Shown one piece after another: positions 24,385-37,720 of a stretch of DNA of 64,000 bases. The DNA is from Squalus acanthias (taxonomy: Eukaryota). The translations under genes and the position numbers were made by a program. Each line of letters starts with the position of its first letter. Positions within the stretch are counted from its first letter, which is position 1. The notes under the pieces are model-generated. The model was not told where the DNA came from. It worked only from the letters and a program-made list of their open reading frames with translations, and did not search any database. The stretch is taken from assembly GCA_030390025.1 (NCBI GenBank), contig CM059433.1, positions 18,044,001 to 18,108,000 on the forward strand, read 5' to 3'.

Positions 24385-25680
24385 ACCAGAGAACAGCAGT
24401 AGGCCATTCAGTCCCGAGATCATGTTCTGCCATTCAATTAGATCACAGCTCATCTGTACCTCAACTCCATTTACCCGCCTTTGTTTCATATCAATGATAC
24501 CCGTACCTAACAAAAATGTATCAATCTCAAATTTTCAATTGACCCAGGATTCACAGCCTTTTGGGGGAGCGAGTTCCAGATTTCCACTACCCTTTATGTA
24601 AAAATGTGTTCCTGATTTCACTCCTAAATGGTCTAGCTCTAATTTTAAGTTCATACCCTCATGTTCTGGTTTCCCCCACTGGAGGATACAATTTCTCTGT
24701 ATCTACCCTATCAAATCCCTTTATCATTTTACATACCTCAATGAGACCAACCCTCAACATTCTAAACTAACGGAAATACAAGCCAAGTTTATACAGCCTA
24801 GCCTCATAACTTAATCCTATAAACCCTACACCATTCTGGCGAATCTGCGCTGTATCCCCTCCAAGGACTATGGGGGAGAAATTTGGTTGGTTAGCGCCTC
24901 CTGTTATCGTCTCCGGGGGCGGTAACGGGGTGCTAATAACTTACCGACCGGCGAGATAAACGACTCCCGCTAACATGGCTGAGAGGTTTGTGGTAGCGGT
25001 AACACTCTGCGCCACGATCTCCTGCGCCCGGAGATCGTGAAGTCATTGCCGTGCGCATCGCCCCGGTAGCGCCCCGGACCCGAACTTCAGTTCCACCCCC
25101 CTGCAACATCGCCGGGCGAAAACACCGGCAGCTGCAGGAGGCGTTGTTCGGGAGGCCGGGCGCTTCGGGGGCGCAAATAAAAGGGGAGGTTGGCGCGGGT
25201 AGGAGAAAAATGTTAACAACGCTTCAAGTGATTATTTTTGATTGCTCCTGGGCCGGGATCGATCAGCCCGGCGCTCTGCTGGACTGCACGGGGCTGATCG
25301 GGACGGGTCGCGGATGCCGTCGGGGACCAGCTAACTGGTCCCAATTCAGAGCCTGCAGCGATGGCCCTTTGTGCAGCGCTGCACAACTGCCGCCCCGCCT
25401 GCGTCCGTTAGCGCTCCAGGAAGGAAGTGGAGCGCTTGATTTAGAGCTCCACTTCCTTCCTGGTGTGCAAACACCGAATTTTGAAAAAGCTGGGAATCAT
25501 TAGCGCCTGCCGCTAAGTTTCCCAGCTTTCAAAAGTTAGTGCCCCAAACGGGGCGATATTCAATTTCTCCCCAATATTTCTTTCCTGAGTTTCAGTGCTC
25601 AAAACTGAATGCAGTACTCCAGATGGGGGTCTCACCAACTGAAGCATCACTTCCTCACATTTGAATTCCAAACCCTTGAG
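24385..25680 (-). mobile_element. CR1 3' fragment, split by the MITE at 24872-25572
   Basis: Antisense CR1 3' UTR and LEYCIQF motif (aaactgaatgcagtactccag). Confidence 0.75.
24872..25572. mobile_element. Harbinger MITE (GGCGCTAA-type) inserted in an antisense CR1
   Basis: GGGGGAGAAATT...AATTTCTCCCC; TAT/AAT flanks; many TTAGCGCC-like motifs; left end resembles the left end of the full-length element. Confidence 0.85.
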
Positions 25681-25847
25681 ATTTAACAAAATATAGTGGC
25701 TTGAGGTACATACAACTGTTCTATAAATCTACAATGTCCACCTGTCTGATGGATCCTTAAAAAATCTTCCATGGTTCATTGTTTTACAGGGTGAATATAA
25801 TGCAACTCTAAATAATCTACAGTTTCAACCTTCTCAATTGTACAATA

Positions 25848-26695
25848 TTGTCAGATAATGAAGCAGTCCATGCCCGCATGCTGCAAGACCTGGACGACAT
25901 TCAGCCTTGGGCTGATAAGTGGCATGTAATATTCACGCCACACAAGTGCCAGGCAATGACTATCTCCAATGGGCGAGAGTCTAACCACTGCCCCTTGACA
26001 TTCAACGGCTTTACTATCACAGAATCCCCACCATCAACATCCTGGGGGTCACCACTGACAAGAAGCTTAACTGGACCAGCCACATAAATACTGTGGCAAC
26101 AAGAGATGGTCAGAGGCTGGGTATTCTGCGGCGAGTGACTCAACTCCTGACTCTCCAAATCCTTTCCACCATCTACAAAGCACAAGTCAAGAGTGTGATG
26201 GAATACTCTCCACTTGCCTGGATGGGTGCAGCTCCAACAACACTCAAGAAGCTCGACACCATCCAGGACAAAGCAGCCTGCTTGATTGGCACCCCATCCA
26301 CCACCTTTAACATTCACTCCCTCCACCACCGGCGCACCATGGCTGCAGTGTGTACCATCTACAAGATGCACTGCATCAACCTGCCAAGGCTTCTTCAGCA
26401 GCACCTCCCAAACCCGCAACCTCTACCACCTAGAAGGACAAGGGCAGCTGGTGCATGGGAACACCACCACCTGCAAGTTCCCCTCCAAATCACACACCAT
26501 CCTGACTTGGAAGTATATCACCATTCCTTCATCGTCGCAGGGTCAAAATCCTGGAACTGCCTCCCTAACAGCACTGTGGGAGTACCTTCACCACATGGAC
26601 TGCAGCGGTTCAAGAAGGCGGCTCACCACCACCTTCTCAAGGGCAATTAGGGATGGGCAATAAATGCTGGCCTTGCCAGCAACGCCCACACCCTA
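25848..26695 (+). mobile_element. LINE family B 3' portion (CR1/L2-group RT; clade not determined)
   Basis: WADKWHVIF...YKAQVKSVMEYSPLAW...SLHHRRTMAAVCTIYKMH; tail gggcaattagggatgggcaataaatgctggccttgccagc. Confidence 0.85.
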
Positions 26696-26959
26696 GGAAC
26701 TAATTAAGAAAAAGTTACTGTTTCTCAGGCAAAAGCGACTCAGCCTTCTACATATTGTACAGATCAGCACGCCATGGTATATTCTGAAGTAGTAACAAAT
26801 TTAAGGTGGATGGTGATAATTAAGATTATGGTTGATCCCTACTCTCCTCATTTAGTCTCCCACCAAGCAATTCCTTACCCTCAGTGACCTCTGTCTACAG
26901 CTCAACTCCTCCTGCTCCCAATTCTTTAATCTCTCCACTCTCCTGTCTCCATGGAGGAA

Positions 26960-27218
26960 TTTGAAAACAAGGATGAAAATGTTTTAATTGAGGCGTTGCC
27001 AGACCGGGAGCCACTGTAGGTCAGCAAGCACATGGGTGATGGGTGAACAGGACTTGGTGCGAGTTAGATTATGGGCACTAGAGTTTTCGGATCATCTCAA
27101 GTTTATGGAGGGTGGAAGTTGGGAGGCCGGCCAGGAGAGTATTTGAGTAGTCGAGTCTAGAGGTAATAAAGGCATGGATAAGGGTTTCAGCTGCAGATGG
27201 GCTGAGGCAGCAGTGGAG
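26960..27218 (-). mobile_element. L2 LINE fragment
   Basis: Minus strand AETLIHAFITSRLDYSNTLLAGLP. Confidence 0.75.
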
Positions 27219-28010
27219 ACGGGCACCACCAAGTTGGTAGGGGTTGCGAGTTTGGGAGGTGCTGCCGAAGAAGCCTTGGGGAGTTTCTGCCGTGTATCCT
27301 GTGGATAGAACACACTGCAGGCATGGTATGGCTATAGTGGAAGATGTTTAAGCTAGTGGGTGACATGTCAATCCCGCAGACTGCATTGTCCTGGATGTTG
27401 TTGAGCTTCTTCAGTGTTAGTGCAGCTTTGCCCAGGCAAATGGGGAGTATTCCATCACACTCCTGACTTGTAGCGGAGAGGCATTGGGGAGTCAGGAGGT
27501 GAGCTACACGCCGCAGAATACCCAGCCTCTGACCTGCTTTAGTAGCCACGGCATTTATGAGACTGGTGCAGTTGAGTTTCTGATCAATGGTGACACTCAG
27601 GATGTTGATGTTGGGGAACTCGACGATGGTAATGTCATGGAGGGATGATTTGGCTCACTCTTGTTGGAAATAGTCATTGCCTGGCACCTGTGTGACTGGA
27701 ATGTTACTTTTTTTAAATTGTTTTATTCATTCACGGGATGATGGCATCACTGGCAAAGCCAGCAATTATTGCCCATTCCTAATTGCCCTTGAGAAGGTGG
27801 TGATGAGGTCCTGCCTTGAACCGCTGCAGTCCGTGTGGTGAAGGTACTCCCACAGTGCTGTTAGGGAGAGAGTTCCAGGATTTTGATGATGAAGGAATGG
27901 CGATATATTTCCAAATCAGGATGGTGTATGACTTGGAGGGCAACTTGGAGGTGGTTGGGTTCCCATGCATCTGCTGCCCTTGTCTTTCCAGGTGGTAGAG
28001 GTTGCGGGTT
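27219..28010 (-). mobile_element. LINE family B fragments (two pieces)
   Basis: Antisense copies of the same RT C-terminus and tail. Confidence 0.75.
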
Positions 28011-28526
28011 TTTAGTGTCTATAAATGTGCGTAGCTTTTGCTCTGCCGGTCATGAAACTAAACCAACTTTCACAGTTCTGTATTGAATGGGTTAACATTA
28101 GTTCCACATTTTAAGCATTTCAGATGGGAACACTCACTTTCTCTTTATATTCAGGCCTAATTTTCAAGGAAAGCGAACTGTTCCCCACCAGCCAAAAATA
28201 ATAAATTGAGGAGTATTAACTTGATGTACAAATGAGACCAGGTAAATCAGACTGATCATTGCCTGGCCCTGTATGCTTCAGAGGTCTGTGGTTTTAATTT
28301 CACATCTGCCTATCATAGTGGCATGACCTTATAGATTTGGCTGTATTGATCAGGTTAGCACAAATGCCCTGGGACTGTTTGCCTTTTACAGTCAAAGGAC
28401 AGTATTAAGCTCGCAGGGCAGGATGGAGTTTGCTGGGGGGAGCCAGCATTAAAAAAAGAGGCTGTCATTTTCCTTTGGTGTTTCTTCTATTTAATATTAA
28501 TGATTCATTATTTCATAATTACTTAG

Positions 28527-28745
28527 GAGGAAAAGAAGATTCCGCCTCCGGTACCAAAGAAGCCACCAAAAGGAAAAATCCCTATCGTGCGAGAAAAGTC
28601 TCTTGACCTTCCTGACAGACAGCGACAGGAGGCGAGGAAACGGCTAATGGCCGCCAAGCGAGCGGCTTCCTTTCGACAGAATTCAGCCACAGAGCGTGCA
28701 GATAGCATTGAGATTTACATCCCCGAGGCACAAACCAGGCTCTGA
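28527..28745 (+). CDS. DLGAP2: DLGAP2 terminal coding exon with C-terminal PDZ ligand QTRL
   Basis: Acceptor acttag|; EEKKIPPPVPKKPPKGKIPIVREKSLDLPDRQRQEARKRLMAAKRAASFRQNSATERADSIEIYIPEAQTRL*; the KKPPKGK and EKSLDLPDRQ segments favour paralogue 2. Confidence 0.95.
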   Translation, partial: EEKKIPPPVPKKPPKGKIPIVREKSLDLPDRQRQEARKRLMAAKRAASFRQNSATERADSIEIYIPEAQTRL

Positions 28746-31401
28746 AGACAGTCTCTTGCAAAATGTCCTTTTTTTGTTCACCATCGGCTCTCAATATTTG
28801 TCATGTACATTTCACACACCAAGCCCGGTGGAATTAGTGATGGGGTTTCCATGGTAATTCTTGTCCCAGCCTCCACTGTGTATGCTCTTGCTGTTGTGTT
28901 CATTGTGCCATACATCACAGTGGAATGATTATAATTCTGGGTTTTTGAACTCATTGCAAGAATTCCTATATTCTGTAAGAGGAGTCAATCCGAAGAGGTC
29001 ACACTAAATATTCCACTTATCCATCAAGCTCTCTCAGAGACTATTAGAGTGGAGGACCTCTAGAGGAAGAAACCCGCTATTTTCTATTAATTGATTTGCT
29101 CAGTGGGTTTGAGGGAATGGCTAAATAGTTAAAACCCAGTGCCTCTGGAGAGCTCTGGAGGTGCGAACTGATGAAACTAGAAGGTGCTGTGGTTTCAACA
29201 ACAAAAAAATAGGAAGAATGAATAATGTGCCAACATCATTTCTTATTTCTTAACATTATAAAGAACCCAGCTCCTAATCAGGGAACAGAACGACGCTCTG
29301 CCGTATGCTCAGCAGAACTGTTCCCCACTCAAAACTATTCAGGGACTGATCTCCAGTATGCTTTGGGGGAAGTGTAGGTAAAAAAAGGTAAGAATTATTT
29401 CTCCTAAATAACTCTTACAGGATAGTAATCTACAGAACCGATTGGGACACAAAGTAATTTGATCTGCTGAGACAAGGTACTGAAACCCCTCGGTTTCCGA
29501 AGGTATTTGCCAAAATGTTTTAAGACTTGAAAGAGAAAAAAAAAATAGTTTTTTTTTTCCTTATCTTCTTTGGGAATGTGCTGAAATGGCTTTCAGCAAA
29601 TTGTTATGTATCTTTTGAGTAAAAGGGTGGGTGGCGGGGGGGGGGGGGGTGGGGGGAAGTGCTCACCTTGTACGGGTGGCAAATATGTGCAATAGTGATC
29701 AGCCTCATTTAAACGTGTGCAATTACAAATCGTGCCAATGCAGCGAGCGGATCCGAACAAGAGAGACTGAATGTAACTTCCCCACGAACGCTTGCCTTAC
29801 AGTAGCCAGATACTGGTAGTTAGATCTTTCAACAAAGGAAATTCAGAAGTAACCTCCTGGTAGTAAACACTCCAATATCCCCTCCATCTAATATTTATTA
29901 TGCTTTTTTTTTTAAAAACTCTCTATTTATTTATATATATATATAATATATATATATCGTCAACACTTTTGAATTGGCATGCTGTTTTAATTTTTTTCAT
30001 TTAAGGGAAAAATGTAATAAATATGCTCGCTACGACTGAGAACATTTATAAATAATACATGCTTACGGTGATTATGTTAACTATTATTTATTGATTTATT
30101 TGGGGTTTTTTTTGTAAGGATTACCTTTAAACTTTTGTGTGTGGTTGGTATGCCTGTTTATGAACAGTGTGTGTGTCATGTCAATGCAGCCAGCAGAAGA
30201 TTGCTTGAATGTGATCGCTAAGGTTTCAGTTAAACTGTTTGTATGACCATGTACCTGAGAGGTGTTTGACTTTTTTTTTTAATGACTTTTTTGGTTATTG
30301 TAAAGGAAAAGTGACCGTTTCAATCCAGTGATGTTTGTAGAAGCATTTAAATTAGTCCAGTTAAACCGGCCTTTTCAAACATAACTCAGAATGCAGCACC
30401 CTCTGCAGCCAGACACCCTGCTGCACCACAATATACACTTGCACCTCATGTTTGATTCATACTAATTGTTACCAAGCAGCCTTAAACTAGATTTGGAAGC
30501 AAAAACAATGAATGAATGTACAGCCCCTAAATTTGCAAAAAAAAATATACCCAAGAAATTGCTTATGCCATAAATAAATACGACCTAAAGTTAAGAACAG
30601 TGTTTTGCAACATGACACTTATGTAGAGAACGTGGAACGATATTAAAAGGTAGTCTGAGAAATGTTCAAAAAAAAAACTGTTGTTCACTCTGTTCTTTCG
30701 AAAAAAATTGTAAACATCAGTATCCTTAACCCTAGTTTCTAAACCTGGTTCAGTAGAAAACCACTTTTATAAATGGACTAGTCTGTCTTTAAATCCTGTT
30801 TCATTAAGACTTGGAGTAAAAGCCGTTTTTATTTTCCAAACGAAAACCCTGGGGTTATTTGTGATTGGTACAACCACTGTCAGAGAGATGCCTTGTTTTT
30901 GGTGTATTATCTGGCTTGCTTTATGTAATGTGGAAAGTACTGAACTAGTTCTCAGCTGGTTGGTGCTGGACTAGCTTATCTCAGCTTCATCCAGAAATAG
31001 TCATTCACCTCCCATGCACAACACGCGGATATAATTTCATAACTTTAAAAAAATAAAATCTATCAGCAATTATTACTGACTTTCCCAAATTCAAAGGTGT
31101 TACTGTGTTCTTTCCCCTTTTCCTGCTATTCAGTACCAGCGCATCAATTTGACACATGCTAGGCAGACATCTAACTTCAAAGTGACAAGGATTACCTTTT
31201 TATACACAAACAGATTTAGTAAATAGATCAACTATAAAGCAAAACATATCAATTTACAGATATCTTAACGAGACAGAATTGTAGCTTTGATGCTTTTGTT
31301 ATGATCACCCAAATGCCAATCAATGTCGAATCCTACATAAAAGTATTGGCTTTGTTCCTGTTAGTAAGACGTTATCTTTATTGTTAGGTTGAAAAACCTA
31401 T

Positions 31402-32058
31402 GGGGGAAAAATTGGGTGGCGTCCATTTTAGCGCCCCGAAAAAGTTAGCGCCCACTACCCTGTAAATTCAGTAGTAGCGCCCCAAGAAGGAGGTGGAGCG
31501 CTACTGGAAGTGCTCCACCTCCTTGGGGCGCTACTACTCAATGTGGCGGCGCTATGTGTGGCACGGCGGCACGTAGCGCTGCCTCATTGCAGGCCTCCGC
31601 ACCTGATTAAAGGGGAGGAGCCTAGGGCTGCACACACCAGATCCCTGCCAGACTAGCGGGGAGCGGGGAGTGCCAGGCTCAGCGATCGCGGCCAGCACCC
31701 CGCATACAAATGTGAAAGGGGAGCAGGTGCTGGCAGTCGGCCAAAATAAAAATGGCCGCCCGACACCTGCCCTTTAAATTGTGCCGCCACCCGCTACCAC
31801 CGCTGCAAAACCGCCCCCTGATCCTGTCGCACATATCGCCCAGTGATAGGTCAGGGGGCGCAAGGGAAGTTTGCGGCCGGGGCACTGCGCACGGCGGTGA
31901 CGTCATCATCGCCGGCGCAGCAGTGCGGGGCGCTACCGGCTACCACCGCCGCTAACCTCCCGCTGAATATCGCGGAAGGTGTTAGCGGTGCCGCACCCCC
32001 CCCCCCCCCGCCCCCCGGGGCGCTAACAAGAGGCGCAAAGCAACCCAATTTTTAGCCC
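31402..32058. mobile_element. Harbinger MITE (GGCGCTAA-type), related to 2465-3179
   Basis: GGGGGAAAAATT...AATTTTTAGCCC; exact TAT duplication; internal similarity to 2465-3179 (aaaatggccgcc...tttaaattg). Confidence 0.88.
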
Positions 32059-32535
32059 TATATTTCTAAGTGCAATATACCATGTATATCATTGGTGGTA
32101 AAGATAACGCCAGGGCAACTGAACAAAAGGCAATATTTGTTTTTTTAACTTTCCACAATTCTCTATTAGGTCAAGTAAGTAGCAATGCTATTTTATACAT
32201 GTATACTTCCCATTACAGACTGAGCTTGTATTTGATAGCAAATCGTAAACTAATGCAAAGAAGTCTGAATGTTCTATTAAGTACCACTTTAACTTTAACT
32301 GCACGTTAAATGAAGCAACATTAGTTGCATTTAATGTACAATCCATGCTGTCATTTTAACTAAACATGCTTTATAAATTGAACATAATATTTACTCATAA
32401 GTGTGTTGAAGTTTTTTTTATTTCTTTTTGTGGCAGGGGTAGGGGAGCGTGGTGACGGATAGTTTATAAAAAGATAAATTGTGTCACTATGAAGAACAGG
32501 TATTCAATTCGGTCCATCAGTAGAAAGGACACCAT

Positions 32536-33148
32536 GGGCCAGAATTTGCTGGCAAAATAACGGTGAGTTTAATGCACACGTCGTTGTTAGCGTGTAAATT
32601 GTTCAGCAAGTTGTAGCGAGGAAGAGATATCCCATGAATTATGAATCGCCACAAGTTGCTGGGCGATTTGCGCTGCTCCACCGTTAGCCTCACGAAAATG
32701 GCAGCTCGCCATCAACCTCTCCATGAGTTTCATGAAATTGCTGCATTTGCCCATTAATTGCCAATTAAACTTGCTGCAGAAAGTTAGGGCTGGTACTTAA
32801 CAGCGTAAGGACCTTTTTATTGAAGGGATATATGTTCCTGCAATGCCACTCAACCTCTCCGGCCCAGAAAGGGAACAATTGAAACTGTGGAATCTCATTC
32901 TTTATTTCTCTTTCCGTACCTGATTTGACGCTAATTCACCCTATTTCCTTCTCTGTTGTTCCTGTGTTTCTTTCTCAATCCTTAAATCTCATTGGTTAAG
33001 GAGATAGACTGTTGGCCCTGTCGTTCACCAAGATCCCAGACAGATGCCCCATTGCCCTCGCCAAAAATATTTTGAGCTGAAGGGTGCAGAAAAAAGTCTA
33101 ACTAACAGGGCACGCCTTGAGATGCCCCACTCCAGCAAATTCTGGGCC
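32536..33148. mobile_element. Harbinger-like MITE
   Basis: TIR GG(G/C)CCAGAATTTGCTGG, 17 bp with 1 mismatch; target duplication imperfect. Confidence 0.75.
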
Positions 33149-34239
33149 CATATCTCCTGCTAGTGGCATGCAAGCTGTGCCTGATTGGGTAGAACTGCAA
33201 TTCTTCACAGAGGCAAAATAAATAACAAATATTTCTAGTGTAACTAGGAACATAGTTATTTAATTTAAAATACTGCTGTGAAACAAACAAAGAAAAATAA
33301 TCACATCCATAAAAAATTAAAGTGCCAAATACTGTTTAATTGCACAGCAAAGCTCTTCTAAATCAGAAAATGATTTTCTGTAATTCTATCTCTTTTACCT
33401 TTCATTTTTTTTTTCACTATGCACTATTTATCAGCATGCAAGATAGAGATATTAATATTGAATGTACGGTGCGCTATTTTGCTGAACGTGATTCCTTGGT
33501 ACTTGCTAAATACCTTCTTTAGCAATTAGTAATTTGGTTTTTTTTGGGACGTCGCGTTTGACATCATTTTATGTGCATTGCCTTTTCAGTTGATGACTGC
33601 TTTAACCTGTAGATGACGATCACGAAATGTGCTTTATTTGGTGTGTCATTCCACTGCTCTTTTGACAGAGTTCACACACACACTGTGTACTGCTGACGCC
33701 CATTCACCAATTGTAAATACTTCTGCACTTAAAACCTTTTTTTGGGGCGAAGTTTCTGATGCTTTTGTCCACTGGAAACGCCCTGTTATACCAGTGACAG
33801 AACTGAACCCTGAAGTGGACTGATTTTGCTTCTGATTGTACAGAAGGAACACTGCCCTCCTCACATATGTTTATTTCCCATATTTCGGAAGAAATTATAC
33901 CTTAAAACAGATTACTCTGTAAAGGAAACTTTAAAAAAAATTCCAGTCGTGACATATATTTCCTTCCAGTGAAATCTGAGCTGAATGTTTGATAAACTTA
34001 TGAGTTGTTTCAAAATTATGGCCTTGTGTGTTGTATTATTACTATTTTTTTAACAGTAAATTGACATTTCTTGATTTTATCCACAATGCAGGTGTAAATG
34101 TCTTACTTTTGTTATAAGGCATGTCACTTATCAGCTTTACAATATTTCGTGGCGTTCCATGGAAGGATATTTGTTAAGATCGCGTTTTGTAAAAGCTCGA
34201 AGTGGTGAAGGATATTTCTCAATGAACTCAAACATTATA

Positions 34240-35073
34240 GGCCTAGAAATTGGACTGCCGGCCTCGTCAGGACAGTACGGGCCGAGCTGCGGGCACCATT
34301 CACGACCCTAGAGGCAGCTCACGGAGGGCAGCTCAGATCCCGGCCAAGGGTCTCAGGAGAGTTCGGGGTGGGGGCAATTGGGAGCGGGGGGTGGGGCGAG
34401 TGGAGGCCGGCCGGCAGTTTTACTGTGAGACATGGAGATCCTGCTCCTCCTGGCTCTCCACAGTAAGGTAAGAAAAAAAACTGCTAACTTTTGGATGGCA
34501 GCCCCCGGCGGTCCTTTTAAGGCTGCTGAGCCCCGGCACTTGCTGCGGTCGTTCACAATCCAATTTGGCAAAGGCCCTCAGTTTTCACATTTAATGAGCC
34601 TAAAGCCAGTTTCAGGCGCACAGCCTGGACGCATTCTGAGCAACCCTAACCAATGTGGCAAGGGGCACACTTCCGGAGGAAGCTCCAGTCGGTAATCGGG
34701 AGTGGGGGGGGGGCGGGCAGAAGGGCTGGAGATCGGGCTAGGGGGAGGCCGAAGGCTTCTTCTTTGAGGGACCGTGGAGAGCACTCCCACTCCTCTTGTC
34801 CCACAAGGCGTGCTGAATGAGCCACTTACCTTGGGATGCCGGAATCTCCCGCCTCCTTTTCACTGCCGGGTTTCCTGACCCCCCTGGTTAATTTAAAACC
34901 GGGCTCCCAGCTGCACTGTAGAAGCCCGATTTAAATATGTTAATAAGCGACCCGCCTCTTCACGACGGGATACTCGGATGCCCCAATATTGCGTGTGCGG
35001 TGCAGATTGCACTTTTTAACCCACCTCCAAACCTACCCCATCAGGGGGCGGGGAGGGGGTTAATAACGAGGCC
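34240..35073. mobile_element. Harbinger-like MITE, possibly composite
   Basis: Starts GGCCTAGAAATTGG and ends ...AATAACGAGGCC; GC-rich island in AT-rich background. Confidence 0.55.
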
Positions 35074-35077
35074 ATTA

Positions 35078-35138
35078 TCTCTGTTTCTTTCTGCACAGCT
35101 GCTGCCTGACCTGCTGAGTGTTTCCAGCATTTGCTATG
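35078..35138 (+). mobile_element. PLE tail fragment, followed by (TA)n
   Basis: tctgtttctttctgcacagctgctgcctgacctgctgagtgtttccagcatttg matches the tails at 1175-1240 and 7632-7690. Confidence 0.7.
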
Positions 35139-35140
35139 TC

Positions 35141-35173
<33 letters not shown>

Positions 35174-35276
35174 ATATATACAATACATATGAGTTCGTTA
35201 TTTTGCTAAATATGCTTTGCTTCCTGTGATCCAGCCAGTGGGATGGATAAGCACTCCAGTGATTAATGCTAACCTT

Positions 35277-35487
35277 TGAGGAGATTTCTGAGAAACCAGT
35301 AAGAAAACTACTAGGCACTTGGTCTAAGCGTTAAACAAAGCTTTAATCAACTATTTTACAACATGGAGGTCTAGTTGTGTCCTTCAATAGTTCCTGTTAA
35401 GAATGTCCCGCGCAAGCTGGGCCCGTGCCCGAGTATTTATACTCTCCCTGGACAGCGCCACCAGCAGGCCGCCCAGTATTATTTCAT
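35277..35487 (-). mobile_element. Possible solo LTR
   Basis: Minus strand starts TGAAATA, contains TATAAATA and ATTAAA in LTR order and ends ...CTCA; no target duplication found. Confidence 0.35.
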
Positions 35488-36900
35488 AAGTCATTTCCAC
35501 ATGAATGACAAGATTCATGTCACCAGCCATCAAAAAAAAAAGCAACAGTAAACACAGATTTAAAATTAGACTATTGGGACTGTGTGGGTATTTTCTTTTT
35601 TCCCCCTCAGACCAACATCAGGGTATATGATACAAATATGGAAATGGGGTAACTGCCATTCAGGCAATCCATCATTAGGGTTCATGCACAGGATCCATTC
35701 AGACCAATTTAATCTCCTTCCTTCCTTGGCATTAGGCTTGTGACACACAAACATCAGGGTCGCTCCCAATACCTCTTTGGGGAAATATACTGCACGGTTT
35801 CGAACTGAGCCATAGAGACTAGAAAGCTCCTCAGTTTGTGCTGAGTAAGCCAGTCTAGGCCAGAGCAGTGCTGGTGCACGACAAATGGTTGTGCAGGATA
35901 ACACCCAGCAAGGGTTCCCACTCCCCACTCCTGATGGCTATCCAGTGACCCTGCTGGAAAATGTGCCTGCATGGACATGGAATGAGAGCAGAATCACGCT
36001 CGATTGTGAGGCTCCTGTGGTTGAATTGTCCATTGACATGGAAGACGAGCGGGCAAGGCAATGGAGGGCTGCTGGCACCCATGAAAGTGGCTTTAGGCAT
36101 TGTCTGCCAGAGATCATGTCCTCTAGTGCACTTCCATGGGTGCTATTGACGCATTTGTACTATTTAAATGTATTAAAATGTCTATACTTCTAAACCTGGC
36201 TGATTTGTAGATTTTAATTTAATAATTCTACGCCACACTTCCGGCGAAATCGCAGCTGTGGAGCAGGAATTTCCCGACCATAGATTCAGCCCTAAGGTAT
36301 AAAAAAAAACAACAAAAATGCCCACAATTGGTGAAGAATTGTTCATCAATTTACAAAAGAACACAAGATAGCTTCAGTTGAAGATGACCCTTCAGTCCAT
36401 TTGGACCCGTCCTTCCAGATTACAAACCCTAATATCTTCTGACAGCATCTAGAGTTACCGCCGATTAAACATTCTGCACGATGCTGGTACCACTAAATGT
36501 TACCATAAATCCATTTGAAATCTGACCAGAAGAAATGGAGCCAATATTAATCCATACCTCAGTGCTTTTTCAATTATTTTTAAACAGCAAATGATTTACA
36601 TTTGGAGACCAATTTACAGAACATGAGACAGAATAACTAAAATGAAAGAGAATGTTTACATATATCAGACTTTGACTCAAGTCCGATCTATCATCAACAT
36701 GTAACAGGTGACTGATATATGCACATCTCTTTAAATTAATAAGTCAATGGTAATGCAACTTTTTTAATCCATAGGTCAACAGGCTAACTGTTGCAATTCG
36801 TGCTGCAGTCTTCACCAGGTCACTGTTTGTATAGATTTTCATTCTATTTTTCCACCTCTGTCTGTCAATCGGCCTAGGGAAAAGGGAAGGAGATAAATGA

Positions 36901-37720
36901 GTCAATGAAGCAGTCTATGCCCGCATGCAACAAGACCTGGACGGCATTCAGGCTTGGACTGAAAAGTGGCAGGTAACATTCGCGCCACACAAGTGCCAGG
37001 CAAAGACTATCTCCAACAAGCGAGAGTCTAACCACTGCCCCTTGACATTCAACGGCATTACCATTGCCGAATTCCCCACCATCAACATCCTGGGGGTCAT
37101 CATTGACCAGAAACTTAACTGGACCAGCCACATAAATACTGTGGCAACAAGAGCAGGTCAGAGGCTAGGTGTTCTGTCTCACCTCCTGACTCCCCAAAGC
37201 CTTTCCACCATCTACAAGGCACAAGTCAGGAGTGTGATGGAATGCTCTCCACTGGCCTGGATGAGTGCAGCTCCAACAACACTCAAGAAGCTCAACACCA
37301 TCCAAGACAAAGCAGCCCACTTGATTGGCACCCCATCCACCACCTTAAACATTCACTCCCTTCACCAACGGCGTACCGTGGCTGCAGTGTGTACCATCTA
37401 CAAGATGCACTGCAGCAGCTTGCCAAGGCTTCTTCGGCAGCACCTCCCAAACCCGTGACCTCTACCACCCAGAAGGACAAGGGCAGCAGACGCATGGGAA
37501 CGCCACCACCTCCAAGTTCCCCTCCAAGTCACACACCATCCTGACTTGGAAGTATATCGCTGTTCCTTCATCGTCGCTGGGTCAGCACTGTGGGCGTACC
37601 CTCACCACACGGACTGCAGCGGTTCAAGAAGGCGGCTCACCGCCACCTTCTCAAGGGCAATTAGGGATGGGCAATAAATGCTGGCCCTGCCAGCGACGCC
37701 GACATCCCATAAATGAATTT
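36901..37720 (+). mobile_element. LINE family B 3' portion
   Basis: ORF 36925-37458 and the same tail. Confidence 0.85.

Larger units (their letters stand above)
28746..34100 (+). other. DLGAP2: Putative long DLGAP2 3' UTR (3' end uncertain)
   Basis: AT-rich, LINE-free sequence after the stop; AATAAA hexamers near 30016, 30574, 31052 and 33296, an AGTAAA near 34055, and U-rich tracts. The extent is inferred. Confidence 0.5.

Noticed and set aside
35800..36130. Conserved ncRNA (shares gctatccagtgaccctg with 52270-52490 on the minus strand)
   Set aside because: More likely remnants of an old SINE family; too degraded to name or delimit.
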